DNA of 64,000 nt from Eledone cirrhosa. Its lineage: Eukaryota. Each line of letters opens with the position of its first letter. Within the stretch, counting starts at the first letter, position 1. Positions 51,799-63,780 of the stretch are shown piece after piece. The DNA is taken from the NCBI GenBank assembly GCA_964016885.1, contig OZ024746.1, positions 11,718,001 through 11,782,000 on the forward strand. The letters run 5' to 3'. Below the pieces are notes generated by a model. That model made no database searches. It was not told where the DNA came from and was given only the letters and a program-made list of their open reading frames with translations. The position numbers and the translations under genes are program-made.

Positions 51799-53610
51799 TT
51801 AAATTGTCATGCTTAAAGAAGCTTTAGCTCTGTATCCATCACAAATTGTTGCGTCACTGTGGGTTCGTAGATGTTTCTTTAAATCTCCCGACTGTATAAA
51901 GGCTCTGTCACATGCACTACATTTATAGGGTCGGTATTTTGTGTGACTTCTCATATGGACGGTTAAAGAGCTAGATTCAGAAAATGTTTTAGGGCAATAT
52001 TTGCAGTTGTAAGGTTTTTCACCTGTATGAATTCTTGTATGTTTTTTCAAGTCACTTGCTTGAACAAATGCCTTCGGGCACAGACTACACTGATAAGGTC
52101 TTTCCCCGGTATGGCTGCGTTGGTGGATTTTCAATGAACCAGATTCAGTAAAAGATTTTTGGCAAATATCACATTTATAGGGGCGGTACCCAGTATGATA
52201 TCTCATATGTTTGTTTAGGTCACTAGGACGCATATAAACTTTGTCACAAAAATCACAGTTATATGGTTTACCTCCAAGATGAGTCTTCGTATGGACAGCA
52301 AGATTAGACAACTGAGAAAATGATTTTTCACAGTATTCACAGGAGAAAGGGTAAGAGCTATTGGAATTCAGAGAGTTACAAACAAGTTCTTCTTGATGAT
52401 GTACGATATGTGCAGAGAGATCATTTCCTGTAGAGAATGTTTCATTACACATCTCACATGAATAGCTTTGCGTTTCTGTTTTGTTAAAAACAGGTAAATC
52501 TGTCCCTTCTGTTAAAGCAGTCCTTGAAACGATGTTAGTATGGTCAATCTGAGGAGACTTATCAACTGACATTGAAGTTTGCATCTGTGGCAAACCTAAA
52601 TATTCGTTGGGAATAAATTGGTCATTAACTCTGTGTGTCCTTTTGTGCTTATTAAGATCACTTGACTGAATAAAAGCCTTTGTACAAATTGGACACACAT
52701 AAGGCCTCTCACCAGTATGACGGCGTTTATGTACATTTAAGGTACCAGATTCAGCAAACTTTCTATCACAATAGCTACATACAAATGGTTTCTCTCCAGT
52801 ATGAGTACGTATGTGTTTTAGGAGATCCCCAGTCCTAAAGAATGTTTTAGGACAAAAGTCACATGAAAAGGGCTTTTTTTCTACATGAGTTTTTGTATGG
52901 ACTGCAAGGTTACCAAGATGAGCGAAGGACTTGTCACAGTACCAACATTTATGTATGTTATTTTCATTGTGAGTACTACTGTGTAACTCAAGCTGAATCA
53001 ATGTTGTAAACTTTTGATTGCAGTGTGTACATTGAAATATTTGCTTATTTAAATGCAATTTAGAATGGTGAGACAATGAACTTGACTCTGAAAATTTTTT
53101 ATCACAGTGGCAGCACTTGTATGGCCTTTCTCCTGTATGAATACGAGTGTGCTTCTTTAAATCACCTGATTGAATGAAAGCTTTTGTGCAATATGTACAT
53201 TTAAATGGTCTGTCTCCAGTGTGAGTGCGTGTGTGCACAGTGAGAGTCCCAGATTCTGTAAAGGCTTTGTCACAGAAGGTGCATTTAAAAGGTTTAACAC
53301 CAGTATGAGACCGTTCATGCTTAGTAAGATCTCCTAACTTAAGAAATCCTTTGGAACAGTAATTACATCGATAAGGTCTGCAACTAGGATGGAGCAGGTG
53401 ATGTGATCGCAGCTGACTCTTATGGCTAAAGATTTCACAACAGAAATCACAACTGAAAATTTTCTCTAGATTTGGGTCAGATTTGTATGCTGAAGCCTCT
53501 GTCTTCAGACTAAACTCCATTTTTGTTCCAATGTTACTAGATTCAACCTCATTTTTGGAATGAGAAACTTTCTTCCGTCTCTTGTGTTTCAGAGACTTTT
53601 TGGTTGGCAT
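51799..53610 (-). CDS. C2H2 (Kruppel-type) zinc-finger protein, 17 fingers in one exon
   Basis: Uninterrupted ORF; first ATG in the exon at 53610 (MPTKK). 17 CxxC-x12-HxxxH motifs, many with TGE(K/R)P-type linkers, in blocks of 10 and 7. Basic NLS-like KKSLKHKRRKK near the N-terminus; no effector domain seen. Confidence 0.95.
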   Translation of the reverse strand: MPTKKSLKHKRRKKVSHSKNEVESSNIGTKMEFSLKTEASAYKSDPNLEKIFSCDFCCEIFSHKSQLRSHHLLHPSCRPYRCNYCSKGFLKLGDLTKHERSHTGVKPFKCTFCDKAFTESGTLTVHTRTHTGDRPFKCTYCTKAFIQSGDLKKHTRIHTGERPYKCCHCDKKFSESSSLSHHSKLHLNKQIFQCTHCNQKFTTLIQLELHSSTHNENNIHKCWYCDKSFAHLGNLAVHTKTHVEKKPFSCDFCPKTFFRTGDLLKHIRTHTGEKPFVCSYCDRKFAESGTLNVHKRRHTGERPYVCPICTKAFIQSSDLNKHKRTHRVNDQFIPNEYLGLPQMQTSMSVDKSPQIDHTNIVSRTALTEGTDLPVFNKTETQSYSCEMCNETFSTGNDLSAHIVHHQEELVCNSLNSNSSYPFSCEYCEKSFSQLSNLAVHTKTHLGGKPYNCDFCDKVYMRPSDLNKHMRYHTGYRPYKCDICQKSFTESGSLKIHQRSHTGERPYQCSLCPKAFVQASDLKKHTRIHTGEKPYNCKYCPKTFSESSSLTVHMRSHTKYRPYKCSACDRAFIQSGDLKKHLRTHSDATICDGYRAKASLSMTI

Positions 53611-55110
53611 CTGAACAGAGATTTGTAACAACAGATTTCGATAATGTTGGTTCTTTTCACAACTGGTCTTCTTACTTCCTTGAAAATAAATTATTTTCAG
53701 AAAAAATTAATTATTATAATATATATAAATAATAAGCTGCAAGATCATTTGCTTTGAAAAATAACAAAAACATCTGCTTTACATAACAAACATATAAAGC
53801 TGTTCTAATATTTTAGATAAATCCTCACTGAGCAACAATATTGGACCACATTTAACTTCTCTAGTACTGATGTCATAGTGCTAAAGAACCAGTAGTTGAT
53901 GATAGGAAGGACATTCAGTCCTCTAAGCAGTTTAGCTGGAAACACCACCAAATACATCGTAGGACCCAGCATGAGGTATGTTGGTGCAGCAGACATTAAC
54001 AGTTGAGATTTGTGGAAGGCTGCTCTATTGTAAATTTAGCCAAACTTTCACTTCATTTTGCCCTTGACCTTACTGAATCATGGAAAACACTACTTTCAGC
54101 ATATCTTGGGCAAATACTTGACCACGGGTGATATCTACGTGGTTTTCTCTAGTTATCGACTCATGTCCATTGAGTTTCTTCTATAAAACCCTTCCACACA
54201 AGTAGCTGATACTAAAGATGGAGAAATTAATCTGCCCAATGATGTATCAGCATCACACCCTCACATCATGTAGCCCACCAGTTGAAGCTGTCTACCAGAT
54301 GTGAGAGCTTTAGTGCAACTGTCAGACATTAAAAGTAAAACCAATGATGGTAACAGTCTGGAGCTCTCATAAGTAATCTAACATATGAGAAGGAATGACA
54401 TTCTAGATTGTTAACTGAATTACTTCATCATCATTACAAAAAGGTGTCTATAAATGGTTGACATAGAAATTATGAATTAAACACAAACAAAAGAAAACAG
54501 CAATAAATATAAACTTTGTCATAATTTGATTTGTGAATCTATCTTTCCAAGCTGCATTCTTTAACCCTTCTTAACCTAAACTGCCTGAAACCACCCCCAG
54601 TTCTAAGATAAAATGTTTATATTTATGAAAAATATTATAAATGTTCTTTGTTCCGGTCATCAATATTCATTAGTTATAATAATTTTCTTTGCCATTCAAT
54701 TCTTAAATTCTGTATTAAACCAATGTTTACAAAGTAATTTCATTGAAATTTTTATTTTTCACTGAAAGTTGTTTATCAACATGGCCATTTGATAAATGAA
54801 CAAAATCCAAAATGCTGTATATGTAGTGGTGGTTGAAGCACACTTTATAACTGTGTCATTGTTTACAATTAATGTTTGGGTAATTTATGCAAGACAACCT
54901 ATAGAAGTAGTCTTTTGCCAAGTTATAACCACATAAGTTGAACTCAAAACAGTAAGCTGATAAAATCAATATAACATTATTCACTCAGACTACAACAATA
55001 AACAATACTACTATTACTAACAGCTAGGTAAACTGACACCTAAGTTGTTTTAATCACAAATATACTTGAAAGAAATATGAAACTTTAAAAGTTACTATAT
55101 TTACACTTAC

Positions 55111-55258
55111 CAAGAACATTCTAAATATGCTACTCTAGGAAATAAAATTGGTCCTTTTACAATGATATGTGAATTTGTTAAACTAAGCAACTTTTCACCA
55201 AATCTACAAAAGTTGGTAACTTCTTCCCAGATGATTGTTTATCAACCTAGGTGAGAAT
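55111..55258 (-). other. Probable upstream exon of the ZNF gene (mostly 5'UTR, ends ATGTTCTTG)
   Basis: Minus-strand acceptor ttttcttttgtag| and consensus donor TTG|gtaagt, 148 nt, 1.5 kb upstream of the finger exon. Confidence 0.5.
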
Positions 55259-56599
55259 CTACAAAAGAAAAAAATGTGTTAATACAAAACAGATTAATTA
55301 CTATCATCATCATTAACACCTGCTTTCTCTGAGTTCAAGCAGAGCTGCTGATCCCTCAGAGGGTCTGGGAGCCTGCATCTTGCTTACAAGCAGTTCTACT
55401 CTCTCCTAAATGCATTTTATCATGACACCAGCACTCAGGAGTTTGTGATGTCTATGACACAGCTAAAGAGTTCAACTAACCATTTGTTTCAAAGGTTTTC
55501 TATGGTTAGATGCCTTTCTTATCACCAACCACTTTACAGAGTGTACTGAGTGTTTTTATCATGCAAATCACCAACACTAGGGATGGCTTTCAAAAATAGT
55601 TCAACAGGAAACTAATATAAATTATCAAATTTCACAAGAAACAAATATAAATTAGATTCTGTATCCAGATGATTGTTCAATAGAAATGGATGATGGTAAA
55701 AAAAAAAGAGTGATCTATCAATAACAAGTGGCTTGGGGAAGAAGGAATTGACTGGCAACAGAGAAAGGGTGATGGTAAGGTGTATTAGATACTAACAGAT
55801 CAGATACAATTCCTCATACATAATCATCATGATGGGTGAGAAAAGTACTGATAAGGTTGAATTGACAGGTCCAGTACAGGTCCCTAGTTACAAGGGAGTA
55901 TAATACAGAGAATAAGAGAAAGGGTGAATGATAAAGAAATGATCCAGGATGGTAGATTGGCAGAATTATGAGAACATCAAAGAAAATGCTTGCCAAATCT
56001 GTTCCAACTCTTTTCATTCTGAATTCAAATCATTGTGACCTACTTCAGTGTAGATTTAATCCATTGTCCAATTTTATACCACTAACTGGCCCTTGGGTGC
56101 TTTTAATAGAGTTAACTCTAAAGCAAGCATTCAGGATACTTCCATCTCACTAGTCTCAGAGGACCTATGAGCATTGTCCAAAAAAAAAAGGTTAATTAAG
56201 GTAACATTATATATTTTCTACAGCAGTCATGATGAATTATAATTTAGATCTGAGTTTATTAGTTTATTATATTACTGTACTTAGAAAAGCTTGCTTAAAT
56301 GTATTTCTAATTTTTTTTCCTGATAACCTTTAATGCACAATTGTCAATATGTAATGTTATTGGCAAGACAACACTAGGCAATTGAATAGCTGAAAATTGA
56401 AAGCAAAAAGAATTCATCCAACCCATGGAAGCATGGAAAAACACATAAAAACGTTGACCATGATGAAAGGGTATATGAAGTTGTGTTCATGATCCTTGCA
56501 GTGATGAATTTTTCACAGGTTACCTATTTTGCAACTAAGCAGATAGAGACGAGGAAAAGTTGAATGTCTTGACCATGGACACACAGAAGTGTCAGAATA

Positions 56600-56870
56600 A
56601 CATCATCATATTGGAAGGGTCTTTTCTAGCAAAGCTTCCTTCCACCTACTGTGTTTCACCATCATCTCTGACAGGTTCAGTGTTTTGAAATCCACTCTTC
56701 CTCTACTGCAACTTCCTTCCACTAGGAACTTCTTTACCCAACAATCATCTATATGCATCACGTATCCATACCAGTGCAGTCTTCTCACTACCACCATATA
56801 TTTGATTCCACATATACCCAGTTTTTTTCTCAGCTCATCTATGTTTTGCCATCCGTGCATGTTAACTATT
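56600..56870 (-). mobile_element. Degenerate RTE 3' ORF fragment
   Basis: ELRKKLGICGIK...RRLHWYGYVMHIDDCWVKK. Confidence 0.75.
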
Positions 56871-57719
56871 TCACTGCAGAAAGAATACCTAATATCTTGA
56901 GCTGAGACTTTCTAGTAACAATGTTAGAAAAATATATATACTTGGCTCTTTTTATAAGACAACTTAACGAAGAAAAGCAACTAATCCAAAATATTTATGA
57001 AGAAAGTAAATAATTCTCTAAATTTCTTCTTGTAAAGCCAATGATGAAGTATAGATTAGAAAAAGACAACAATAGAACTGTTTAATCAGTTCAGTATTTA
57101 GTGAGAAGAGAAAGAAGAAACAGTTCAACCTAGGGTTAGTAAACTAAATACCAGTCAAGTATTGGAACAATATTACGACAGAATATGACAAAATCAGAAG
57201 AAGACTACCAGACAAAATGCTTTTACATTCATTCTCATCAGATTTACATCCATTTTTTTAGAGTCGTAGGGTCTATAAAATAACGAACAACTTCTGGATG
57301 ATAACTCAAATCAACAAAATGCCGTAATTAAAATCTGTCGCACTAATTGTGTACCATATTTTATAGAGACATAAATTACTATACAAGAGAGTGTTTCAGA
57401 AAGTACAAATGTCATATGAACTTGTAATAAAACAAATTTATATATTTTCATAATTAAAAATGAAATCGACATTTTAAAATTATTTTAAAATGAAGTTTAA
57501 TTATGAATTAAAATGTTTAGTTTCTCTCGTTTGTCTGTGTATTGTCTGGTAATATATGTTTAATTAGTCTACAGCATAACATAATATAATCACTGTGCTA
57601 ATTATTAGCTTCTTTTTACTTATCTCTAACAAGCTGAAACGTTAATTAAATTAAATTCTGAGAGATTACGTTAATATTCTGAAAGAATATAATCTTATTA
57701 ACAAATTATTTCAGATTTT

Positions 57720-58110
57720 AAAAACATGTTCGGTGGCAGATCAAAAGAGGGAAATTTCAAACGGAACGGGACATTTTGATATTAAAAAAAATAAGCCAGA
57801 AAGATGCAATCCATCAATACGTTTATAAATATATAAACATTTAAATTATCAAAATATATCTACAAAGCCTTTTCCCCAATTACAAAATTAGAGTATAATA
57901 TTTTGTAGGAGCTTGTGATGATATTGGAAACAAAGAGTAGAGTTCTTGGACTATGACGAATGACACACACACATGAGACAGACTGACTGAACGAATCGAT
58001 AACAAAAACAAGAATCAAACTTTCTCCGAGAAGGTAAATGAGACGTTCTTGAAAAGTGGAAAGGTGTCTCAATACTGGCGACAACGGGATAAACTGACAA
58101 CTCCCCCCCC
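57720..58110 (-). promoter_or_regulatory. Candidate promoter or first exon of the ZNF gene
   Basis: Non-repetitive, locally CpG-enriched segment with a DRE-like TATCGAT (- strand, near 57996-58002) and a possible donor near 57820. Inference only. Confidence 0.3.
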
Positions 58111-59739
58111 ACCATCTCTTAGATCATTAATGTACTTCCTTTTGACACTTTCAAAAGAATATTTTTAATCCTCCATGTTAATTACTCTATAAATTAGAAA
58201 AAGTACGTTTGATTATATATATGTGTGTGTGTGTGGAAGGTGTATCATCTTTTGGAATAATTGTTTCTAGTCTGTCTCCGTCTTAGATTTTGAAGAGATA
58301 GTTTAACACTTTACTCTTCCTGTATACATTATCCAACTAATTCATGATGTGGGATATATTTAATTAGTGGCTCTCACCACTAATCAGCTTTGTGTCATTG
58401 GGATTGTCTCCACTTTAAAAATAATATTTTCAATCATAGAAAATAAAGTATTATAGAGAGAAAGCACTTACTCTTGCTAGTCAGGATAATCCTCGAGCTG
58501 CTGGTTTCCTTGCACTAAGTAGCGATGCTCTCCTCGGCGAACTCTACCACACATTTGTATACTGTTTACTATCGTATTTTTTCCATTCATGTGATTTCTG
58601 TGTAAATCCATACACTTTATGTAAGCTGCCCTTGTAATGTCTCTATCTATCGTTCCTGTGGTAATAAATGTGAGAAAATATTATAGAATTGACTGTGAAA
58701 GTAAAAGTAACAAGATTTCAAGTTTAAAACATCGTAAAACAAATATACAAGCTTCATACTAGTCCAACAAGCCACGACCCGGTTTCGATTCCGGGCTGTA
58801 GACACAACATATTTTACTTATATCACTAATGCCTTTTCAAAATAGACATGAAAATTCAGTCGCATTTTCTCTTCCAGCAGAAATCTAAGAAATGCATATA
58901 AATAAGAAAAATAGGATTAGCTATGTACAGAATTTTCGATAAAGCACAAAAATTGATGACCAGCGTGTTTTAAAATATTCAGATACACTAAACAATACTT
59001 GCTGTCTTATGTCATATTTAGTTAAATTCGTTTACAGATAACTCTTTCTAAATGTAATTATTACATAAAAATAGAAGATTATGTTTTTAAGTATAAGATG
59101 ATGTTCAAAAGGTTATACTAACATGTCCAGGTCCTAATTAAATTTACCGGCAAAGCCAGCTGAAATTGTTTTATAAATGAGGAAATCATAGTGGGTAATA
59201 TACAACATAAAATTGTGATTTACAAGTAGCTATAATAATATTGGTTAAGGTTTCGACTCCTATTTTACATGTCCAAGCAGTGAAAAAAATGTTCCGTCTG
59301 GTGCTTGATCTCACCTTCTCGTTTTTGACGTATGTTATGATGTTGTTGTTTTTCCTCTTTATTCCTCTTCCTTCAGAACCTCAATGAAGGGTGAAATTGA
59401 AAATAATGTTGCAAGATGGATAAACACTTCCATGATAGAGAGAGATAGAGAGAGAGAGCGCCATCTGGAGAGAGGAGATGGCTTCCTCTCTAACTGTCGT
59501 TCATTGGCTCAGTTTCACAAACAATATAGAGAACTGAAGCTAACAGTAATCTAAACATATAGTTATGATATCTGTGTTGATATGTAAGAAATGTTTTTTG
59601 TAAGTTATATTGTTTTTACCTGGCTGGTTTTCACTGGACAGCAAAGAAAGATTTTTAGAGAAGAAGGAAAAATTGCAATTTCTATCTATCTATAAATAAA
59701 TAGATATGTATATATAGTTCTCTGCCCTTGATTACAGAG

Positions 59740-61341
59740 CGAGAGAGAGAAGGAGGAGGTAGTGTGTGAGAGAGAGGGAGAGAGACTGCTAATGAAATAG
59801 AGTGAGAGGGATAGTGAGAGAAAGACATATAGAGAGAGAAACAATGACAGACAGGTAGAGTCAGACTGAATTACATAGACAAAGAGGGAGGAAGATTAGT
59901 GAGAGAGAAGATAAACTAAACAGAAAAAGAATTGGGATACAGAAGGACGTAAATGCTAAAGAGAGATTTGGGAGGAAAAAGGAATTTTAACCACAGAAGG
60001 TAAATAGATAGATAAATGTATGAATGTAGGAAAAACTGTAATCGAGAGAAGAGGAATGGAAAGGTTAGGAGAGGAGAAAGATTTGGTAAGACTTGGCAGA
60101 AAGAGAATGGGAGAGCAAAAGACCAAGAAAGTCAAATTAGAATTGGCACACAATAAAAGGAGGAACAAGAAAGGAAAAGGAAAATAGAGAGAGTTTAAAG
60201 CGGTATAATGAGAGAAAAGAGAAAGAATTTATAGCAGTTTAGTGAGAGGTAGAGGGAGAGAAGTTGAAGCTGTATAGTGAGGAGGAAAAGGAAAGAGAAT
60301 ATTTAGAGCAATAGAGTGATAGAGAAAGGGAAAGAGAGAGATAATTTGAAGCAGTATAGTGGGAGAGAGAGAGAGAGAATTTAAAGCTGTATAGTGGGAG
60401 AGAGAGAGAGAATTTGAAGCTGTATAGTGGGAGAGAGAGAGAGAATTTGAAGCTGTATAGTGAGTAGGAAAGGGAAAGAGATAGGATTTAAAGCAATAGA
60501 GTGAGAGAGAGAAGTTGAAGTATAGTGAGAGAGTGGGAGAGAGCGAGGATTTATAGCAGTATAGTGAGAGAAAGAAAAAGAGAGAGAATTTGAGGCAGGA
60601 AAGAGAGGGAGACGAAGTGAGAAAGAGAAATTGGAGCAGTAGAGTGAAAGGAAAAGAGAAGGAGAAATTGAAGTGATATAGTAGAAGGAAAAAATAGAGA
60701 GAAAGAGAATTTCAAGCAATATGGTGAGTAAGAAGGAGAGAGAGAGGGGGAAATTTTAAGCAGTTTAGTGAGTGAGAAAGGGAGAGAGAGAATGTAAAGC
60801 AGTAGAGAGAGGATTTGAAGCAGTAAAGAGAGTGGGAAAGGGAGAGAGAATGTGAAGCAGTAGAGAAAGAGGGAGGGGAAAGGGAGAAAGAGAGTGGGGG
60901 CATGGGAGAAAGAGTGAGTGGAAAGGGAGAGTGAGAGGTAAGGGAGAGAGAGACAGAGTGAGAGGTAAGGGAGAGCGAGTGAGGGGAAAGGGAGAGAGAG
61001 ACAAAGTGAGAGGTAAGGGAGAGAGAGACAAAGTGAGAGGTAAGGGAGAGAGAGTGAGGGGAAAGGGAGAGAGAGACAAAGTGAGAGGTAAGAGAGAGAG
61101 AGAGTGAGGGGAAAGGGAGAGAAAATTTGAAGCAGTAGAGAGAGTGGGAAAGGGTGAGAGAGAAATAAAGCAGAAGTAAAACAGATTGAAGACAGTACAG
61201 TGAGTGAGGAAAGAAAGAAAAAGAATTTGTAGTAGAGAGAATTCAAAGCAGTAGAGAGAGAGAGTGAGGATTTTAAGCAATCTAATGTGGGAGAGAGAGA
61301 GAGACAATTTTATAATTAGTATAGTGAGGAGGAAAGGAAGA

Positions 61342-61394
<53 letters not shown>

Positions 61395-61600
61395 GAGTTG
61401 TTTAGAGAGAAAATGAGAATGAAAAATGATGGAGGAATCAGTGTAAAAAGAGGGGTTTGGATGATGAAAAGAGAGCACTAAAGAGAACTATATAAGATAA
61501 GATAGTGAGAGACAAGAGGGGGGGGGGGACAAAGAACGATAGATAAACAGAAGAGAAGAGAAATAGAGGGGAGAAGAGAAGGGAGGGGGGAATTATATGG
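59740..61600 (+). repeat. Purine-rich degenerate minisatellite and (GA)n domain
   Basis: Almost all G/A on the + strand. Units GAATTTGAAGCTGTATAGTGGGAGAGAGAGAGA (~60340-60460) and GTGAGAGGTAAGGGAGAGAGAGACAAA (~60930-61100); pure (GA)n at ~61347-61390. Confidence 0.9.
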
Positions 61601-62489
61601 AAAAGTGTTTGACATATACAATGTTCTCAGAGAAAGGAAGAAGGAGAGCAGTAGCCATTGGCAGAAACAATGGCAAAAATTGAGTTAGTAAAATGATGCC
61701 ATTCAAAGAGAGGATTATTGAAATATAAGAGTTAAAAAGATATTGTATTTTATTCTCTCACTCTAGGATTCGATCTAGGGTCAGCTTCCATTTGGTTTAG
61801 AATTACACCATCAAATCAGTCCGATTAAGAATGAGACACAGAAATTGAGAGACTGAAAAAAAGAAAATGGTACTACAAAAAAGAAAGAATGAAGTCTGGT
61901 TTTATTGACAAGAAAACTTCAGAATTCCAAAACTGGTATATTTTGAGGTTAAATAAATTAAACATGAAAGTTATCTCATTAATTTACTGGGTCACCAATG
62001 ATTGAAGAGTAGATGTGATGTGTTGCAAACATTTTAAGTAGATCACTGGTTCCATTTCTGCAGAAATTGGTCTACAGAAGTTCAGACTGAGCGTCAGTCA
62101 CATCAATGTCATCAATTTGAGAAGGTCTGCAAAGATCATGGCTACTGCTGCACCTTCCTGACTTCATCATCATAGTTTAACGTCTATTTACCATGCTAGC
62201 AAGGATTAGACAGGTTGTCCTATTTGAGGCAAGTCTTGCTCATTTCTGGTTTGGTTTCAATGCTTGGATGTCTTTCCTAACACCGACCACGTTTACTGTG
62301 TGGGGTACGTGCTTTTTGTTGTGACCCCTACATGACCACTTTACAGTGTGGACTGGGAGCTTTTTAAAAAATGGCAGGGAAAGGAATAATCGGTACCTAG
62401 AATAGTCTTAACCCTTTCGTTCGTTACTGTATTTCTAATGAAATACACTGGAGGAATTTAATAAAATAACTAAGTTTTTCATATTTATG

Positions 62490-62791
62490 GATGTCTCATG
62501 TGATTAGAATGTATCAGGAAAGAATCAGTGGACAGATTTTACAGGCAAAATCAACCAGCAGGAGACCCAGTGGTAAACCCTGAGTAAGATGGTTGGATAA
62601 CATCCATGAGCTTGGCTGGTCTCACTTGGAGATCCAGCCGGATCAGTTGGAGAGGGTTGCTTCTGACAGGACTTGCTGGAAGGAATGTTTGAGGACTTTG
62701 CCTCCACAACCCTCTCAGGAAGAAGAAGAAGAAGAAGAAGAAGAAGAAGAAGAAGAAGAAGAAGAAGAAGAAGAAGAAGAAGAAGAAGAAG

Positions 62792-62820
<29 letters not shown>
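62490..62820 (+). mobile_element. LINE 3' end with a (GAA)n tail
   Basis: RWLDNIHELGWSHLEIQPDQLERVASDRTCWKECLRTLP, followed by 34 GAA units at 62719-62820. Confidence 0.8.
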
Positions 62821-62822
<2 letters not shown>

Positions 62823-62956
62823 TTTACCTGATATTTATAACGTTAGTTAACAATTTCTAAAATATAATTATGATGAAAGGTTTTGATATAAGGATAAACA
62901 TTTTAAAATTAGCAGTTTTATAATATAAATCCAGGGTTGTACATATATGTGTGTGC

Positions 62957-63018
<62 letters not shown>

Positions 63019-63131
63019 ATTTACGTAGACAACGAAACGTATGTGCATAATATATATATATATATCAGAAGATCCCGTTAAGGGTGAAAGCAGCGATTCT
63101 TTGCTTAAACTTTAATCTGTTATTTTAATAA

Positions 63132-63169
<38 letters not shown>

Positions 63170-63780
63170 GTGTGTATTTGTGTGAGTTTTACAAACTATG
63201 TATGTAAGTATGTATTATGTGTGTGTGTTAATGTATCAGTGAGTTTTACAACCCTCAGAGTCAATAAAACATTACAAGCAATCAATGCAAACCAGTAACC
63301 ATACCAATTTGTTCCTAATGCTAAGTGGTTACATATTACAAAATGTTTACAAAATATTTTAAAACAACCTTCTTTACTGATATTATGTGTAAGATTTCTC
63401 AGAAGACAGTGAAACTGCACAAATGTTTAAATATCATAACTGCTAAAAAAAATGTTTTAATAGTCAAATCTCCCTATAACCCCACACTGGTATCTTATAA
63501 AAAAAAAGACAGGACACATAAGAGCAGTGTTTCTCAGAGTTACACAGCAAAATTCTGAAGTTCTGCGAGATAACGAGATAACGAGATAAACAACTGCCTT
63601 CTACAGTACGTTTCATTTAACTTACGCAGCATATTTATTTGTTTACATGCACAGACTCTTCTACACACACACAACATTTAGGAAAACGGAAACAAAATAC
63701 AAAAAAAAAACAGACATTTTATTTCTATCGTAATCAAGTGCGCTAAACCTATATTGTTTACATTCTGTGTTTTTCTACGG

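Noticed and set aside
53900-54370. GC-richer block in the putative ZNF intron as an extra exon
   Set aside because: No sustained ORF; only a faint resemblance to a decayed LINE 3' end.
58770-58803. tRNA gene (CCCGGTTTCGATTCCGGG T-arm)
   Set aside because: Only a B-box/T-arm is present; no D-arm, anticodon arm or acceptor stem. At most a tRNA or SINE fragment.
60381-61478. Long Leu/Ser/Pro-rich minus-strand ORFs (up to 237 aa)
   Set aside because: Artefacts of a pyrimidine-rich strand that lacks stop codons.
62719-62820. Poly-Glu protein (ORF 62593-62850)
   Set aside because: It is the (GAA)n tail of a LINE fragment.
63066-63100. Hammerhead-like CAGAAGAT-CCC..GGG-TGAAA; similar partial motifs at ~1715-1760 and ~38350-38400 (- strand)
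   Set aside because: Core mutated or helices I/III cannot be formed; possibly relics, but too weak to call.
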